DNA of 64,000 nt from an uncultured delta proteobacterium (GCA_963736855.1 CAVTQK010000021.1:224001-288000), one strand, 5' to 3'; positions 18,791 through 30,710 are shown, counted from the first letter of the stretch. Made by a program: numbers and translations. The notes: generated by a model from the sequence alone, not told the origin.

Positions 18791-21463
18791 TCAGGCGGCT
18801 TTCTCGATCCTCACGGCGCAAATTTTGTATTCGGGGATTTTCGACACGGGATCAAGCGCACCAATGGTTAACTTGTTCACCGCCGCTTCATAGAAATGGA
18901 ACGGCACAAAAGCAACGCCACGATCAGTAGTGTCCGAAACCAGAGTCTTTATTCTCAATCTTCCCCGTCTTGAGACGATATTGACGTATTCTCCGCTCGC
19001 AACACTCAGCGCCTTCGCGTCCTCCACATTGATCTCCGCCAATGCTTCGGGATAAAGACGATTCAAAGCGGTTCCTTTGCGACTCATCGTTCCCGTATGA
19101 TAATGCTGATGCACCCGCCCTGTCGTCAAAACGAACGGATATTCCGCATCGGGAAGCTCGGCGGGCGCTTTATAATCGATGGCGAAAAACGATCCTTTTC
19201 CCTTGGTAAAGCCTTTCATGTGCAGGACTGGAGTGCCTGGATGTTCCAGTGTTGGACACGGCCATGTCAAGCTTTCTTGATCAAGCCGATCATAAGTAAT
19301 ACCGCCATAACTTGGGGTAAGAGCATTGATTTCCGTCATGATTGCGGAGGGGTCCGCATAGTCCATCTCATATCCCATTTCCTTGGCAATGGCGGTGATA
19401 ATACGATGATCTTCCCAGGCTTCTCCGGGAGCATCCAATGCCTTGCGCACCCGCAACACCTTGCGCTCGGTGTTCGAGAAGGTCCCCTCCTTTTCAGCAA
19501 AACACGCACTGGGGAGAACCACGTCGGCAAGCTTGGCCGTCTCCGTTAAAAAAATGTCCTGCACAACAAGGAAATCCAATGCCGACAGGCTCTTTTCAAC
19601 ATGGTGCATATCGGCATCGCTCAGCATCGGGTTTTCGCCCATGATGTACAAGGCCTTAATGCCTTTCCCGGCTGCCGGAACCATCTCGGTAACGGTCATG
19701 CCAACTTTTCCCGGGAGTGAGGGCACCTTCCAGGCTTTGGCGAATTTGTCTCGTATGGCAGCATCGGTTACGGCCTGATATCCTGAAAAAACATTGGGCA
19801 AGCCGCCCATATCACATGCGCCCTGAACGTTGTTTTGGCCGCGAAGCGGATTGACACCGCCGCCCGCAACCCCGACATTTCCGCAGAGCATTGCCAAGGC
19901 GGCAAGAGACTTTACGTTGTCCGTGCCGGTGGTATGCTGGGTTATACCCATAGTGTATAGAATCGACCCGGGTTTTTCTGTTCCATACAACCGCGCCGCG
20001 GCAATCATAGCTTCTGCCGGAATACCCGTAATGCCGGACACATAATCAGGCGTATATTTAGCGACACACTGCTTGAGTTCTTCATAACCGGTTGTACGCT
20101 CATCAATGTAGCTCTGTGCTTGAAGGTTCTCATTGATGATTACATTCATAAAACCGTTTATCCAGGCCACATCTGTGCCGATTCTCTGACGCAGCCATAG
20201 ATGGCAAATATCCACCAGCTTGATCCTTCTCGGATCGACGACAATCAGCTTGGCACCGTTCTTCGTGACGGCTTCATGAATGTAGTTGGCAATAATAGGA
20301 TGGTTTGACGTGGTATTGGTACCGGTAATGAGAATGACCTTTGACTTCAATACATCCTGGAAGGGATTGGTCATCGCTCCGCTTCCAAACGTGGCGGCAA
20401 GCCCTGCCACCGTTGAGGAGTGTCAGAGACGGGCGCAGTGATCCACATTGTTGGTGCCGATCACCGCGCGCATGAATTTCTGAAACAGATAATTTTCTTC
20501 GTTGGTGCATCGAGCAGAAGAAAAACCCCCGATGGCGTCGGGACCATGATCGCTTTTGATCTGGCTGAACCTTCTGGCGATCAGGTCAAGGGCTTCATCC
20601 CAGCTGGCTGATTCGAACTGACCATTCCTCTTGATAAGCGGCGTGGTCAGTCGCTGATCACTAGCGATGAATTCATAGCCGAATCGGCCTTTGACGCACA
20701 GGCTGCCCTTATTGACGGCCACATCGCTCTTTCCGACCACACTCGCCACCCGATTGTCGAGAACATTGAGTTCGATTTGACACCCGCAACCACAATAGGT
20801 GCAGGTGGTGACCACCTTTTTGGTGACGAACCCTCTCGCCTTGAGTGGGCTGAGGTTCTCGGTCAGCGCCCCGGTCGGACAAACCTGCAAACATTCTCCG
20901 CAAGACACGCACTTCTCGGGATCCACCGTCAGTTTCAGCACCCCATCGGTATCGACAAATTCCAGCGCCCCCACACCCTTGATTTCTCGACAGGCGGAGG
21001 CGCAACGCTGGCAAAAGACGCAACGATCGCGCCAGTATTTAATCAAGGGAGTGGCATAGGCCACCTCAACCCTCTCCTTGGGCTCCTCATAGGCATCTGC
21101 TCTGACTCCTAATTCGAACACCAGATCCTGCAGCTTACAGGCACCGGCCTTGTCGCAGATCGGGCAATCCAGGGGATGATGGGCCAAGAGGTGCTGCAAG
21201 GATTTCCGCCGCATATCGGCGAGCATGTCCGAATTGGTCGCCACCGCCATACCGTCGGCCACCGAAGTCTTGCAGGCTTCCACCGGGGTGTCTTTGCCTT
21301 CGACTTCGACCACGCAGAGTTTGCAGGAGCCTATTGGATTCAATCGTTCATGGTAGCATAGGGTCGGTATCTTGATCCCCGCGTTCTTGGCCGCTTGCAG
21401 AATTGTGCTATCCTGCTGAGCGATGACTTCGTGACCGTCAATTGTCAACTTGACTGTGCTCAT
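18791..21463 (-). CDS. fdhF: Selenocysteine-containing formate dehydrogenase alpha subunit (FdhF type) with NuoG-like Fe-S N-terminus, ~890 aa
   Basis: ORFs 20423-21463 and 18791-20410 are in frame across TGA: HCARL-U-HSSTVAGLA; [2Fe-2S], HxxxCxxC, 2x[4Fe-4S], CTYCGCGC; PLRGQNNVQG; no Tat signal. Confidence 0.93.
20393..20425 (-). promoter_or_regulatory. Sec UGA codon and bacterial SECIS-like hairpin
   Basis: UGA CAC UCC UCA AC GGUGGCAG-GGC-UUGCCGCC: stem begins 11 nt after UGA with a G-containing loop. Confidence 0.75.
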
Positions 21464-21579
21464 TTTTATTTGCTCTCTTCGCTACCTGTTTATCACTCAC
21501 CCAAGACCTGCCGCCAAGCCTCGGCCCAGTTCGTGTCGGCTAATGATCCACAATCATTCCCGGAACCTTGGGCTTAGGC

Positions 21580-23058
21580 TTACAGCAAGGTCAGAAAGGA
21601 CAGTTTGACCATGGCAATATAAGTGGATGGAAAGAGCCCCAGCGACAACACACCATAAGCTGAAATGAAGATCGCGATCACCAGGGCCGGCGAAAACACG
21701 CTTGCCGGCATTTCTTTCTCGACGGCCGCTTCTGGAGCCTGCATATACATGGCAACGGTCACCCGAAGATAATAGTAAACCGACACCACGCTGTTGATCA
21801 CCCCAATAACGGCAAGGCCCACAAAACCTTCCTTGATCGCGGCGGAAAAGATATAGAACTTGCCCATAAAACCACCTGTGGGCGGAATCCCTGCCAGGGA
21901 AAACAAGAACAGGCTCATGGCCAGAGCTGCGATCGGATGCCGGTAACCGAGTCCCCTGAAATCTTCAATGTGGACTCTTTGTTCGCCCTTGCCGGCAAGC
22001 ACGGTGATCACCGCGAAGGCCCCGATATTCATACAGGTGTAGGCGAGCATGTAATAGAGGATGCTGGTGATCCCCTGCTCGCCTGCCGACAGGAATGCTA
22101 CCAGCACATAGCCAGCGTGGGCGATGCTCGAATAAGCGAGCATCCGCTTGATATTGTCTTGCACCAGGGCAATCACATTGCCGACGCTCATGGTCAGCAC
22201 GGCCATCACCCAGATCAGCATGGTCCAGTTGGTCTGCAGGGACGGCAGCGCTTCCATGAAGATCCGCACAAATGCGGCGAACGCCGCCGCCTTGGGCCCG
22301 GCGGACATGAACGCCGTAACCGGGGCGGGAGCGCCTTCATACACGTCCGGGGCCCACATGTGAAACGGCACCGAGGCAGTTTTGAAGCCGAAACCGATCA
22401 CCAGCAGTGCCATCCCCATGACGATGGTGGGCCCGCCGAAGCCGGCGGCGGCGATATACTTGGCAATGGCTGGAATCTTGGTGGTGCCGGTAGACCCATA
22501 GATCAGCGCGATGCCGTAAAGCAGAAAGCAGGTCGCAAACGAGCCAAGCAAAAAGTACTTCAGGGCCGCTTCGTTGGACACCATGCGGGTACGAGTATAT
22601 CCGGCCAGCACATAGAGCGATATCGACATCAGCTCAACCCCGAGAAAAATGGTGATCAATTCGGCTCCGCTCGCCATGATCATCATCCCCAGGGTCGCAA
22701 AAATGATGAGCGCATAATACTCACCATGTTGCATAGCTTCGTTATCCAAATACCTGATGGAAATGAGGATGGTCAGTCCAGTGCCGAGCAGAAAGATCAA
22801 TTTGAAAAAGCGGCAGTAATTGTCCACCACCCACATGTCATTGAAGGAATACGCGATTTCCCGGAGCTCGAAGCTCTGGGGCTGGGTTAAAACCACCGTA
22901 ACGGCGCCTATCACCCCGATCAGACTGACATAGCCGTAATAGCCCCTGAGCCTTGTGGGGGCAAAAGATTGGATCAACAGAATCAGCAACGAACAAACCA
23001 CCAGAATCAACTCTGGAGCTATGGCGCTCAAATTGATGCTGCTCATGACCTGTTCCAT
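21580..23058 (-). CDS. nuoN: NADH-quinone oxidoreductase subunit N
   Basis: EYY, EAALKYFLLGS, FKTASVPFHMWAPDVYEGAP, KRMLAYSSIAHAGY. Confidence 0.95.
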   Translation of the reverse strand: MEQVMSSINLSAIAPELILVVCSLLILLIQSFAPTRLRGYYGYVSLIGVIGAVTVVLTQPQSFELREIAYSFNDMWVVDNYCRFFKLIFLLGTGLTILISIRYLDNEAMQHGEYYALIIFATLGMMIMASGAELITIFLGVELMSISLYVLAGYTRTRMVSNEAALKYFLLGSFATCFLLYGIALIYGSTGTTKIPAIAKYIAAAGFGGPTIVMGMALLVIGFGFKTASVPFHMWAPDVYEGAPAPVTAFMSAGPKAAAFAAFVRIFMEALPSLQTNWTMLIWVMAVLTMSVGNVIALVQDNIKRMLAYSSIAHAGYVLVAFLSAGEQGITSILYYMLAYTCMNIGAFAVITVLAGKGEQRVHIEDFRGLGYRHPIAALAMSLFLFSLAGIPPTGGFMGKFYIFSAAIKEGFVGLAVIGVINSVVSVYYYLRVTVAMYMQAPEAAVEKEMPASVFSPALVIAIFISAYGVLSLGLFPSTYIAMVKLSFLTLL

Positions 23059-23085
23059 AAATTATCGCCCTTGACCCTTGGCAAG

Positions 23086-24651
23086 CTATTGAAGGTCCAC
23101 TCTCGCAAACACATTGTTCAGCCGGCTCGGCTTAGCTCCGTCCAGGTGAGCAGTTATCTGCGGGTTCACCATCTCCAGGAGATGATCCACGGAAGCGTCC
23201 ATCGTCTTCAAAAACGGTTTAGGATATACGCCTATCCAGACAATGAACAAAACGATGGGCAGCAAATAGGCATATTCCCGCCCGGTCATGTCCTTCAGGT
23301 CCCGATTCTCAGCCTTGGTGATTTGGCCGTACATGACCCGCTTATACATCCACAGAAGGTACACCGCACCCAGGATCAAACCGATGGTGGCAACCAAACC
23401 ATAGCCCAGCGACGACTTGAAGGCACCTATCAGAATCAACAGTTCACCGACGAAGCCGTTGAGTCCGGGCACACCCATCGAGGACAAAGCCACCAGCAAG
23501 AACAGGGCCGCGAACGCCGGCATGACTTTCATGATTCCGCCGTATTCCGAAATGAGCCGGGTGTGGCGCCGTTCGTACAACATCCCAACAATCAAGAACA
23601 GTGCGCCGGTGCTCAAACCGTGGTTGATCATCTGGATCATGCTGCCCTTTAAACCGTCAGCGTTCAGAGCGAACATTCCCAGCATGCAGTAACCCAGATG
23701 ACTGACGCTTGAGTAGGCCACCAGCTTCTTGATGTCGTCCTGAGCGATGGACACCATCGCGCCGTAAATGATCCCCACCACTGACAGAGCCAGGACGATG
23801 GGCATGAAATCGATTGTGGCCTGCGGGAAAATCGGCAGGCAAAAGCGCAGAAATCCATAAATTCCCATCTTCAGCAACACTCCGGCCAGAATCACACTCC
23901 CCGCCGTGGGCGCTTCCACGTGGGCATCGGGAAGCCAGGTGTGGAACGGGAACATCGGCACCTTGATGGCAAAAGCCACAAAGAATGCCAGGAACAGCCA
24001 TATTTGAATGTTGCCCGGCAGACCCAGATTATAATAGTCGAGGATATCGAAGGTGTAGGTCCCGGTGGCCTTAAAGTGCATGAAGTAAAGGACCAGAATG
24101 GCCACCAGCATCAGCACGCTGCCGCTCATGGTGTATATGAAAAACTTGACCGCCGCGTAGATTCGCCGTGGCCCACCCCAGATCCCGATGATGAAATACA
24201 TGGGGATCAACATCACTTCCCAGAACACGTAAAAAAGGACGAAATCCAGCGCACAGAACACGCCGATCATCCCGGTTTCCAGGAACAGCAGGGAGGCCAT
24301 GTAGCCTTTCACCCTCTCCGTCACCGCCGTCCAGGTCGAAAGGATGGCCAGGGCGGTGAGAAAGGTGGTAAGCAGGACCAGCAACAGACTGATCCCGTCG
24401 ATGCCCATATGATAGCGAATGGCGAACTGGCTGATCCAGGGAACGTCTTCCACGAATTGCATTTCCCAGGTCCCGCTATCGAACATGAAATAGAGCGGCA
24501 GGGAAACCACAAAGGTTACCACGCTGGTACTGAATGCCACCCATCGTATCAGTTCATGGCGGGTGCTCTTGATCAGACAGATCGCAACAATCCCCACCAG
24601 GGGCAGATAGGTGATCAAGGACAAAATCGGCAAATTAATTATATTTATCAT
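23086..24651 (-). CDS. nuoM: NADH-quinone oxidoreductase subunit M
   Basis: [48 protein letters not shown]. Confidence 0.95.
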   Translation of the reverse strand: MINIINLPILSLITYLPLVGIVAICLIKSTRHELIRWVAFSTSVVTFVVSLPLYFMFDSGTWEMQFVEDVPWISQFAIRYHMGIDGISLLLVLLTTFLTALAILSTWTAVTERVKGYMASLLFLETGMIGVFCALDFVLFYVFWEVMLIPMYFIIGIWGGPRRIYAAVKFFIYTMSGSVLMLVAILVLYFMHFKATGTYTFDILDYYNLGLPGNIQIWLFLAFFVAFAIKVPMFPFHTWLPDAHVEAPTAGSVILAGVLLKMGIYGFLRFCLPIFPQATIDFMPIVLALSVVGIIYGAMVSIAQDDIKKLVAYSSVSHLGYCMLGMFALNADGLKGSMIQMINHGLSTGALFLIVGMLYERRHTRLISEYGGIMKVMPAFAALFLLVALSSMGVPGLNGFVGELLILIGAFKSSLGYGLVATIGLILGAVYLLWMYKRVMYGQITKAENRDLKDMTGREYAYLLPIVLFIVWIGVYPKPFLKTMDASVDHLLEMVNPQITAHLDGAKPSRLNNVFARVDLQ

Positions 24652-24655
24652 AGAC

Positions 24656-26423
24656 TCATATCAAGGAAGTAAATAAGTAGTAGCCGAGGATGACGACGCC
24701 GCCAATCAGCATCGTCGCCGCATAATTCCGAACCAGTCCGCTGGCGGTAACGCGGATCACGCCCGCCAGGCCAATGAAAAACTGAGCGACACCGTTAACC
24801 AACCCATCGATCGCACGGACATCGATAATCCGCGCGAGAAAACCGGAGAAGAACAGAGTGAAGCGGGTGAACCAGGTATCGTAAATGTTGCCCAAATAGC
24901 TATCGCTCGAAGCCAGCGGCTTTCTCGCGATCCACATGAATACCCGGCTTCCCTTGCGGTATACCCAATCGGTATCGATGCTGATGGTGGGTTCCGGATC
25001 GAGCTTTTTGAGCAGCATGAAAAAGCCCAGACCGGTGAACAGGAGGATACCCAAGGCGCTGGTTACATGATCACCGGTATAAGGTTCGAAGTGCACCGGA
25101 AAGGGAAGCAGGTTGTACAGCGGCCCGGGAAGCACACCGATCCCGATGCAAAAGAAGGCCGCCATGCCCATGGCCAGCAGCATATTAAGCGGCGGTTCCT
25201 TGGCTTCCAACCCGGAATCTTTACCAAAAAACATGTAGTAGGGAAGCTTCAAACCCGTGTGCAGGAATGTACCGGATGAGGCCATGGTCAGCAGTAGGGC
25301 CACCATCGGCCGATGGTCATGAGTGGCGCCGGAAACCACCATCGACTTGGTGACAAATCCACTGAACAAGGGGAAGGCCGAGATCGCAAACCCGCCGATC
25401 ATATAGAGCACCAACGTGATCGGCATGGTTCGGTACAAGCCTCCCAGTTCGGTGAGTTTCCTGCGCCCTGTCATTTCGATCACCGCGCCGGCTCCCATAA
25501 AAAGGAGGCCCTTATAGAGGATGTGGGCGAAGGCGTGGGACACCGAACCGTTCAGGGACATCTCCGTGCCGATCCCGACTCCGGCCACCATGTACCCGAC
25601 CTGACTGACTATGTGGTACGCCAGCAACCGTCTGCAGTCGTTTTCCAGCACCGCGTAAACAACCCCGTACAGGGCCATGATCGTTCCCAGATACACCAGC
25701 AGTTCAGTGCCTGGGAAAGACCCGCACCAAAACGTACACAGCCGTTTTGGTGGTGAATGCCGACATGAACACCGATCCGGTTACGGTCCCTTCCGGATAG
25801 GCATCGGTCAGCCAGGCGTGCAGCGGTGGCACCGCGGCATTTATAATAACCCCCACCAGCATCAGGTAGAAGGCCAGGCTGCCGTCTTGATCGAGAGGGC
25901 CCACCAGCATCGACTTGGTGCTGAGATAGTGGAGGATAATCCCTCCAAGCAGACACACACCGCCGAAGGTGTGCACCAGCAGGTACCGGTAACCGGCCCG
26001 GATCGCATCAGGTTCACGCCGGGCAAACACCAGATAGGCGGAAGCGAAGGCCATCAGTTCCCAGAATACGAACAGGGTCAAGTAATCCCCGGCGAACGTC
26101 ACCCCCAGCGCCCCTCCCACGTACAGGAAAGCGGCCACGTGCTGGCCCTGATCGTTCACGTGCAGGGCATACACGATGCCGATGAACGACATAATGGCGA
26201 AGACCCAGCCGAACACGATGCTGAGCTTGTCCACGGCACCGAAGGTCAGCACCATGCCAAGAAAGTCCCAGGACCAGAAGGTGCCCGCGGACATGGCGAA
26301 CACAGAAGCGACCCCGAGCAGGGGGATCAGCATCAGATAGGCTTTCCGCACCTTCCCGCGCAGAAATGGGATGAGAGCTGCTCCGAAAATGTAGAATACG
26401 GACGGGTGGAACCAATCAGTCAT
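24656..26423 (-). CDS. Mrp-type Na+/H+ antiporter D-like subunit with NuoL-like C-terminal helix; one frameshift near 25714
   Basis: ATG at 26423 (MTDWFHP); [40 protein letters not shown]-terminus IDGLVNG...SGLVRNYA; extra C in VFP/GTELL junction. Confidence 0.85.
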
Positions 26424-26673
26424 TGTAGTAATCCTCGCCCCGCATGACGCCGCACTGGTGGCCGATGAATTTAGAGACCAGAACGATAACAGCGCAGGCC
26501 ACAAACCCGTACAAGGCGCCCCATCCGGGCATCTTATCCCAGATATACATGGCATGCTCCCGGTGAACCAGAAAGTCCGCTACTACTGTAAGCCCCAGAG
26601 CCACGTAACTGAGCTTTTTCAAAGTGCCGGCATTTGCTGGGTTGCCTATGTAAAGGACGACCCTCTTGATCAT
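26416..26673 (-). CDS. Small two-TM membrane protein
   Basis: 85 aa, overlaps both flanking antiporter genes; WDKMPGWGALYGF, MRGEDYY. Confidence 0.75.
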   Translation of the reverse strand: MIKRVVLYIGNPANAGTLKKLSYVALGLTVVADFLVHREHAMYIWDKMPGWGALYGFVACAVIVLVSKFIGHQCGVMRGEDYYND

Positions 26674-28169
26674 CGGATCACCTCCCTGGCGAGACTCAGA
26701 AAGTAGTCGGGGAATATCCCGATCAATAGTGAGATGGTCGCAGTCAGCACCAGCGGCACCACCACCATCTTGATTTCCCTGACGTCCTCATGTTCGTGAT
26801 GGTCATGACCGGAGCCAGTGGCCACCGCCGCCACTCCCTTGTCCTTTTCGAAGAAGGCCTTGTAAGTGATGGGCAGAAAATAGGCTGCATTCAGGACCGT
26901 GCTGGCCAGCAAGACCATTAGTATGGGCACCGATCCGGACTCGATTGACCCCAGGGCCAGAAACCATTTGGTCGTGAACCCGGCGGCAGGGGGCACCCCG
27001 ATCATGCTGAGGGAGGCGATGAAAAACGCCGCCATGGTCCAGGGCATCTTCTTTCCGATACCGGAGAGTTGGCTGATTTCGGTCTTGTGCGCGCTGCAGT
27101 AAAGGGAACCGGCACAGAAAAACAGGGTGATCTTGGAAAAAGCGTGATTGGCGATGTGCATGATACCCCCCACCATGCCGCTCGGCGTCAGCAAGACCGC
27201 CCCCAGGATAACGTAGGAGAGCTGGCTCACGGTCGAATAGGCGAGCCGCGCCTTCAGGTTGTCCTTGGTGAGGGCGATGATCGAAGCGGTGATTATGGTG
27301 AAGGAGACCACATAAGCCGCGGTAATGCCGAGGTTGATGCGGCTCATCAAATCAATGCCATAAACGTTGAACACCACCCGCAGGATCGAAAACACCCCGA
27401 CCTTCACCACGGCCACCGCATGGAGCAGAGCACTGACCGGGGTCGGCGCCACCATGGCGGACGGCAGCCAGTTGTGGAAAGGCATCACCGCGCCTTTGGC
27501 GAACCCGAACAGGAACAAGAAGAAACCGACGAACAGGAGCCACGATCCCGGCTGATTGCTCAGCAGCCCATGGCGCTGGAAATCCGTCGTACCCGCCACC
27601 ATGTAAACGATGATGATACCGGACAGCAGAAAGGTCTTGGACATACCGAGCAGGTACAGGAAGTATTTCTTCGCCCCTTCCTGGGCTTCCGGCGTTTCCT
27701 TGTGACCGACCAGGGGCACCGTAGCCAGACTCAGGATTTCGTAGAAAGCGAACAGGGTCACCAGATTGGCGGAAAAGGCGACGCCCATGGTGGCCGACAT
27801 GCTGACCGCGAAGCAGCTATAGTAGCGGGTCTGTGCATGCTCCTTGCCGGCCCGCATGTAACCGATGGAGTAGCAGGTGGTAACGATCCAGAGGAACGAT
27901 GAAACCGTCGCAAATAGCAGGCCGAAGGCGTCGACTCGGAACTTGATATCGATCCCCTGGTAGAAGCCGCTCACCAGGGTGTATTCGATGTTGTGCCCGG
28001 AAAAGATAGCCGGCGCCATGGACATGACGATGGAAAATTTCACGACGCCGGCAAGGATGGACCAGAACTCGCGCACATTGGGCCGATCCGCGGTCCCCAG
28101 AATCAGTGGCACCGAAAGAAGAGACGCCAGCACGGCCAGCAATGGTTTTATGGACAGAATGGTTTCCAC
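26670..28169 (-). CDS. Monovalent cation/H+ antiporter subunit D family (MrpD-like) protein
   Basis: FYEILS, KGAVMPFHNWLPSAMVAPTPVSALLHAVAVVK, KARLAYSTVSQLSY, HAFSKITLF. Confidence 0.88.
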   Translation of the reverse strand: METILSIKPLLAVLASLLSVPLILGTADRPNVREFWSILAGVVKFSIVMSMAPAIFSGHNIEYTLVSGFYQGIDIKFRVDAFGLLFATVSSFLWIVTTCYSIGYMRAGKEHAQTRYYSCFAVSMSATMGVAFSANLVTLFAFYEILSLATVPLVGHKETPEAQEGAKKYFLYLLGMSKTFLLSGIIIVYMVAGTTDFQRHGLLSNQPGSWLLFVGFFLFLFGFAKGAVMPFHNWLPSAMVAPTPVSALLHAVAVVKVGVFSILRVVFNVYGIDLMSRINLGITAAYVVSFTIITASIIALTKDNLKARLAYSTVSQLSYVILGAVLLTPSGMVGGIMHIANHAFSKITLFFCAGSLYCSAHKTEISQLSGIGKKMPWTMAAFFIASLSMIGVPPAAGFTTKWFLALGSIESGSVPILMVLLASTVLNAAYFLPITYKAFFEKDKGVAAVATGSGHDHHEHEDVREIKMVVVPLVLTATISLLIGIFPDYFLSLAREVIR

Positions 28170-28176
28170 GTTTTCG

Positions 28177-28479
28177 TTAACCTTTACTTAGATTGATTTC
28201 GTCCACGTTCACGGTCGCTTTGTTCCGGAAAAGCGAAATGATGATGGCCAATCCCACAGCCGCCTCAGCCGCAGCGACGGTCATGATCATGAACACGAAA
28301 ACGTGACCATCCAGGTTGTTGAGAAAGCGCGAGAAAGCGACAATGGTCAAATTGACGGCATTCAACATCAACTCGATGCACATATAGATGATCAAGGCGT
28401 TGCGTTGTGTGAACACTCCCACCGCGCCGATCGAAAAAAGCACAGCACCCAACATTAAGTATGAGTTCAATGAAACCAT
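28177..28479 (-). CDS. nuoK: NADH-quinone oxidoreductase subunit K
   Basis: [21 protein letters not shown]. Confidence 0.95.
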   Translation of the reverse strand: MVSLNSYLMLGAVLFSIGAVGVFTQRNALIIYMCIELMLNAVNLTIVAFSRFLNNLDGHVFVFMIMTVAAAEAAVGLAIIISLFRNKATVNVDEINLSKG

Positions 28480-28508
28480 AGGCTACCATTCATGACCCGG
28501 ACGGCGAC

Positions 28509-29027
28509 TCAATCGCGCCCAGAGTCATCAATCCTCCTTTTGGCTAGGATGACCGCGCCGACAATTGCTGCGAGTAACAACACGGAGGCGATTTCGAAAG
28601 GCAACAGGTATTCGGTAAAGAGCATCTTCCCCACCGCCTTCGTGGTGCCGAACGCTTCGTCCACGTTCCCAAGCGCTGCCAGCGAACCGTTCGCCTGGAA
28701 CAGACTCACCATGGTAACCAGCAGCAAGCCCACCACCAACACGCCGAAGACTTGCAGCAGAATGACATTGCCTCCCAGTTTCCCTTCCTTTTCTTCCAGA
28801 TTGAGCAGCATGATCACGAACAGAAACAGCACCATGATGGCGCCGGCATACACGATCAGCTGCAGCACCGCGATCAGATGCGCATCCAGCAGCGCGTACA
28901 ATCCAGCTAGAAAGGACATGGTCGCGACCAGGCTCATGGCGGCGCGCACCGGCCTCTTGTTGGTCACCATCAGCAGCGCCGAGACCACGGCACCGACAGA
29001 GAAGGCGGAGAAAATCAATAATTGCAT
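28509..29027 (-). CDS. nuoJ: NADH-quinone oxidoreductase subunit J
   Basis: QLIVYAGAIMVLFLFVIMLL, YLLPFEIAS; AGGAGG before ATG 29027. Confidence 0.93.
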   Translation of the reverse strand: MQLLIFSAFSVGAVVSALLMVTNKRPVRAAMSLVATMSFLAGLYALLDAHLIAVLQLIVYAGAIMVLFLFVIMLLNLEEKEGKLGGNVILLQVFGVLVVGLLLVTMVSLFQANGSLAALGNVDEAFGTTKAVGKMLFTEYLLPFEIASVLLLAAIVGAVILAKRRIDDSGRD

Positions 29028-29638
29028 TTGGAGTAAATCCTCCTGATGTATTCCAAACGAGCCTTCACACTGTCCTCGGGCCTGAGGAGTTGTTCTTTCG
29101 AATAACGCATGAGGCTCCGGTCCCGTTGCGCCAACCCCCGGTATTCCGAACTCATGACGATGGCCTCCTTCGGGCAAACCTCCTCGCAATAGCCGCAATA
29201 GACGCAACGGGACATGTCGAGGGTGTAGCTCAGCGGATAGCGATCGCCATCGGCCCTTTCCCCGGCCATGACGGTGATGGCCTTGGCCGGACACATTATT
29301 TCACACAGGCCGCAGGCCACGCATTTCTCGGCTCCGTCCAAACCGGCCACCAGAACCGGCCGACCGCGATACGCGGGAGGCAGCACGACCTGCTCTTCCG
29401 GATAGTAGACGGTGAACACCTTGCGCTTCTTGCCGGCCGGCGGGAAGACGAAGCCGATCATATTGATCACGAAATGCTTGCTGGTGACGTACAGGCCCCG
29501 CAGTACTTCGAAAAGGTACAGCTTCTCCCACAAGGTGAGCTCCACGTTCTTCCTCACCTTCTTGGGCTTCAGCGTAGCCGAAGGGACTCCCACCAGCGGA
29601 TGATATTGGGATTGCTCAGAACCTGTCATCTTGCTCAT
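29015..29638 (-). CDS. nuoI: NADH-quinone oxidoreductase subunit I
   Basis: YPEE..YRGRP, CVACGLCEIMCP and CVYCGYCEEVCP. Confidence 0.93.
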   Translation of the reverse strand: MSKMTGSEQSQYHPLVGVPSATLKPKKVRKNVELTLWEKLYLFEVLRGLYVTSKHFVINMIGFVFPPAGKKRKVFTVYYPEEQVVLPPAYRGRPVLVAGLDGAEKCVACGLCEIMCPAKAITVMAGERADGDRYPLSYTLDMSRCVYCGYCEEVCPKEAIVMSSEYRGLAQRDRSLMRYSKEQLLRPEDSVKARLEYIRRIYSKCNY

Positions 29639-30708
29639 AGCACCAGAACCACCAGCCCGGTTATCAGAATGTTGATGAGTGCAAGCGGCAGCAGCATCTT
29701 CCAGCACAGCCTCATGACCTGGTCGTAACGGAAGCGCGGAAGCGTCCAACGAATGGTCATTTGCAGCCAGATGAAGAAAATAATCTTGGCGAAGAAAGTG
29801 GCAACGTTCACCAGCATTGCCAGCAGGGCGGAGCCGTTTGGTCCCGCGAACTGGAACAGGGACAATAATTTCTGATCGCTCACGAAGGGGAGATGCCAGG
29901 CACCGAAAAACAGGGTGGTCACGATCCCACTGATGGTCACGATTTCCAGAAATTCCCCCATCCAGAACATGACGAACTTGAGGCCGCTGTATTCGGTGAA
30001 GTAGCCGGCCACCAGTTCCGATTCCGCCTCGGGCATATCGAACGGCACCCGCTTGTTTTCGGCAATGGCGCAGGTGATGAACAACACAAAACCAAGAGGT
30101 TGGAGAAAAATGCCCCAGTGGAAGAAATTTTCTTGCAGGGCCCCGATCTCTGTGAGCCGCAGGGAACCGTACACCATGATCACACCGATGATGGTGAGGC
30201 CCATGGCTACTTCATAGGAAAGCATTTGCGCCGACGCCCGCAAGCCGCCCAACAGCGACCAGTTGCTGCGCGAAGACCAACCGGCGAGGACCACCCCGTA
30301 GGTGGCGAGCGAGGCCAGAGCGAAAACGAACAGGATGCCCACATCCAGGTCGGCGATCACCAGGTTGACACGATGCCCGAACAGATCGTACTGGCCGCCG
30401 AAGGGAACCACACTGAAGGTGACAATCGCCGGAACCAGACAGATGAACGGCGCCAGGGTATGGAAGAACTTGTTGGCGCCGCTGGGGATGAAGTCTTCCT
30501 TAGCGAGGACCTTGATGGCGTCGGCGAGGGAATGGAACAGGCCGATCGCGGTGAAGCCGAAGATGGCCGCCCGGTTCGCGCCGATCCGGTCCTGCATCAC
30601 CGCGCTTTGCTTTCTTTCGACCCATCCCAACACGGGGGCAAAAAAGCCCAGGTTTACGCTGAATACGAATATAATTTTTGCAAGGGACTCGATCAGGTCT
30701 GCAACCAT
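29635..30708 (-). CDS. nuoH: NADH-quinone oxidoreductase subunit H
   Basis: ERK..QDRIGANR, ADAIKVLAKED, AQMLSYE, PFDMPEAESELVAGYFTEYSG, RWTLPRFRYDQ. Confidence 0.96.
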   Translation of the reverse strand: MVADLIESLAKIIFVFSVNLGFFAPVLGWVERKQSAVMQDRIGANRAAIFGFTAIGLFHSLADAIKVLAKEDFIPSGANKFFHTLAPFICLVPAIVTFSVVPFGGQYDLFGHRVNLVIADLDVGILFVFALASLATYGVVLAGWSSRSNWSLLGGLRASAQMLSYEVAMGLTIIGVIMVYGSLRLTEIGALQENFFHWGIFLQPLGFVLFITCAIAENKRVPFDMPEAESELVAGYFTEYSGLKFVMFWMGEFLEIVTISGIVTTLFFGAWHLPFVSDQKLLSLFQFAGPNGSALLAMLVNVATFFAKIIFFIWLQMTIRWTLPRFRYDQVMRLCWKMLLPLALINILITGLVVLVL

Positions 30709-30710
30709 GG

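Noticed and set aside
21547..21556. 9-mer CCACAATCA complementary to the duplicated leader, suggesting trans pairing
   Set aside because: A 9-nt match is expected by chance in a 64-kb window.
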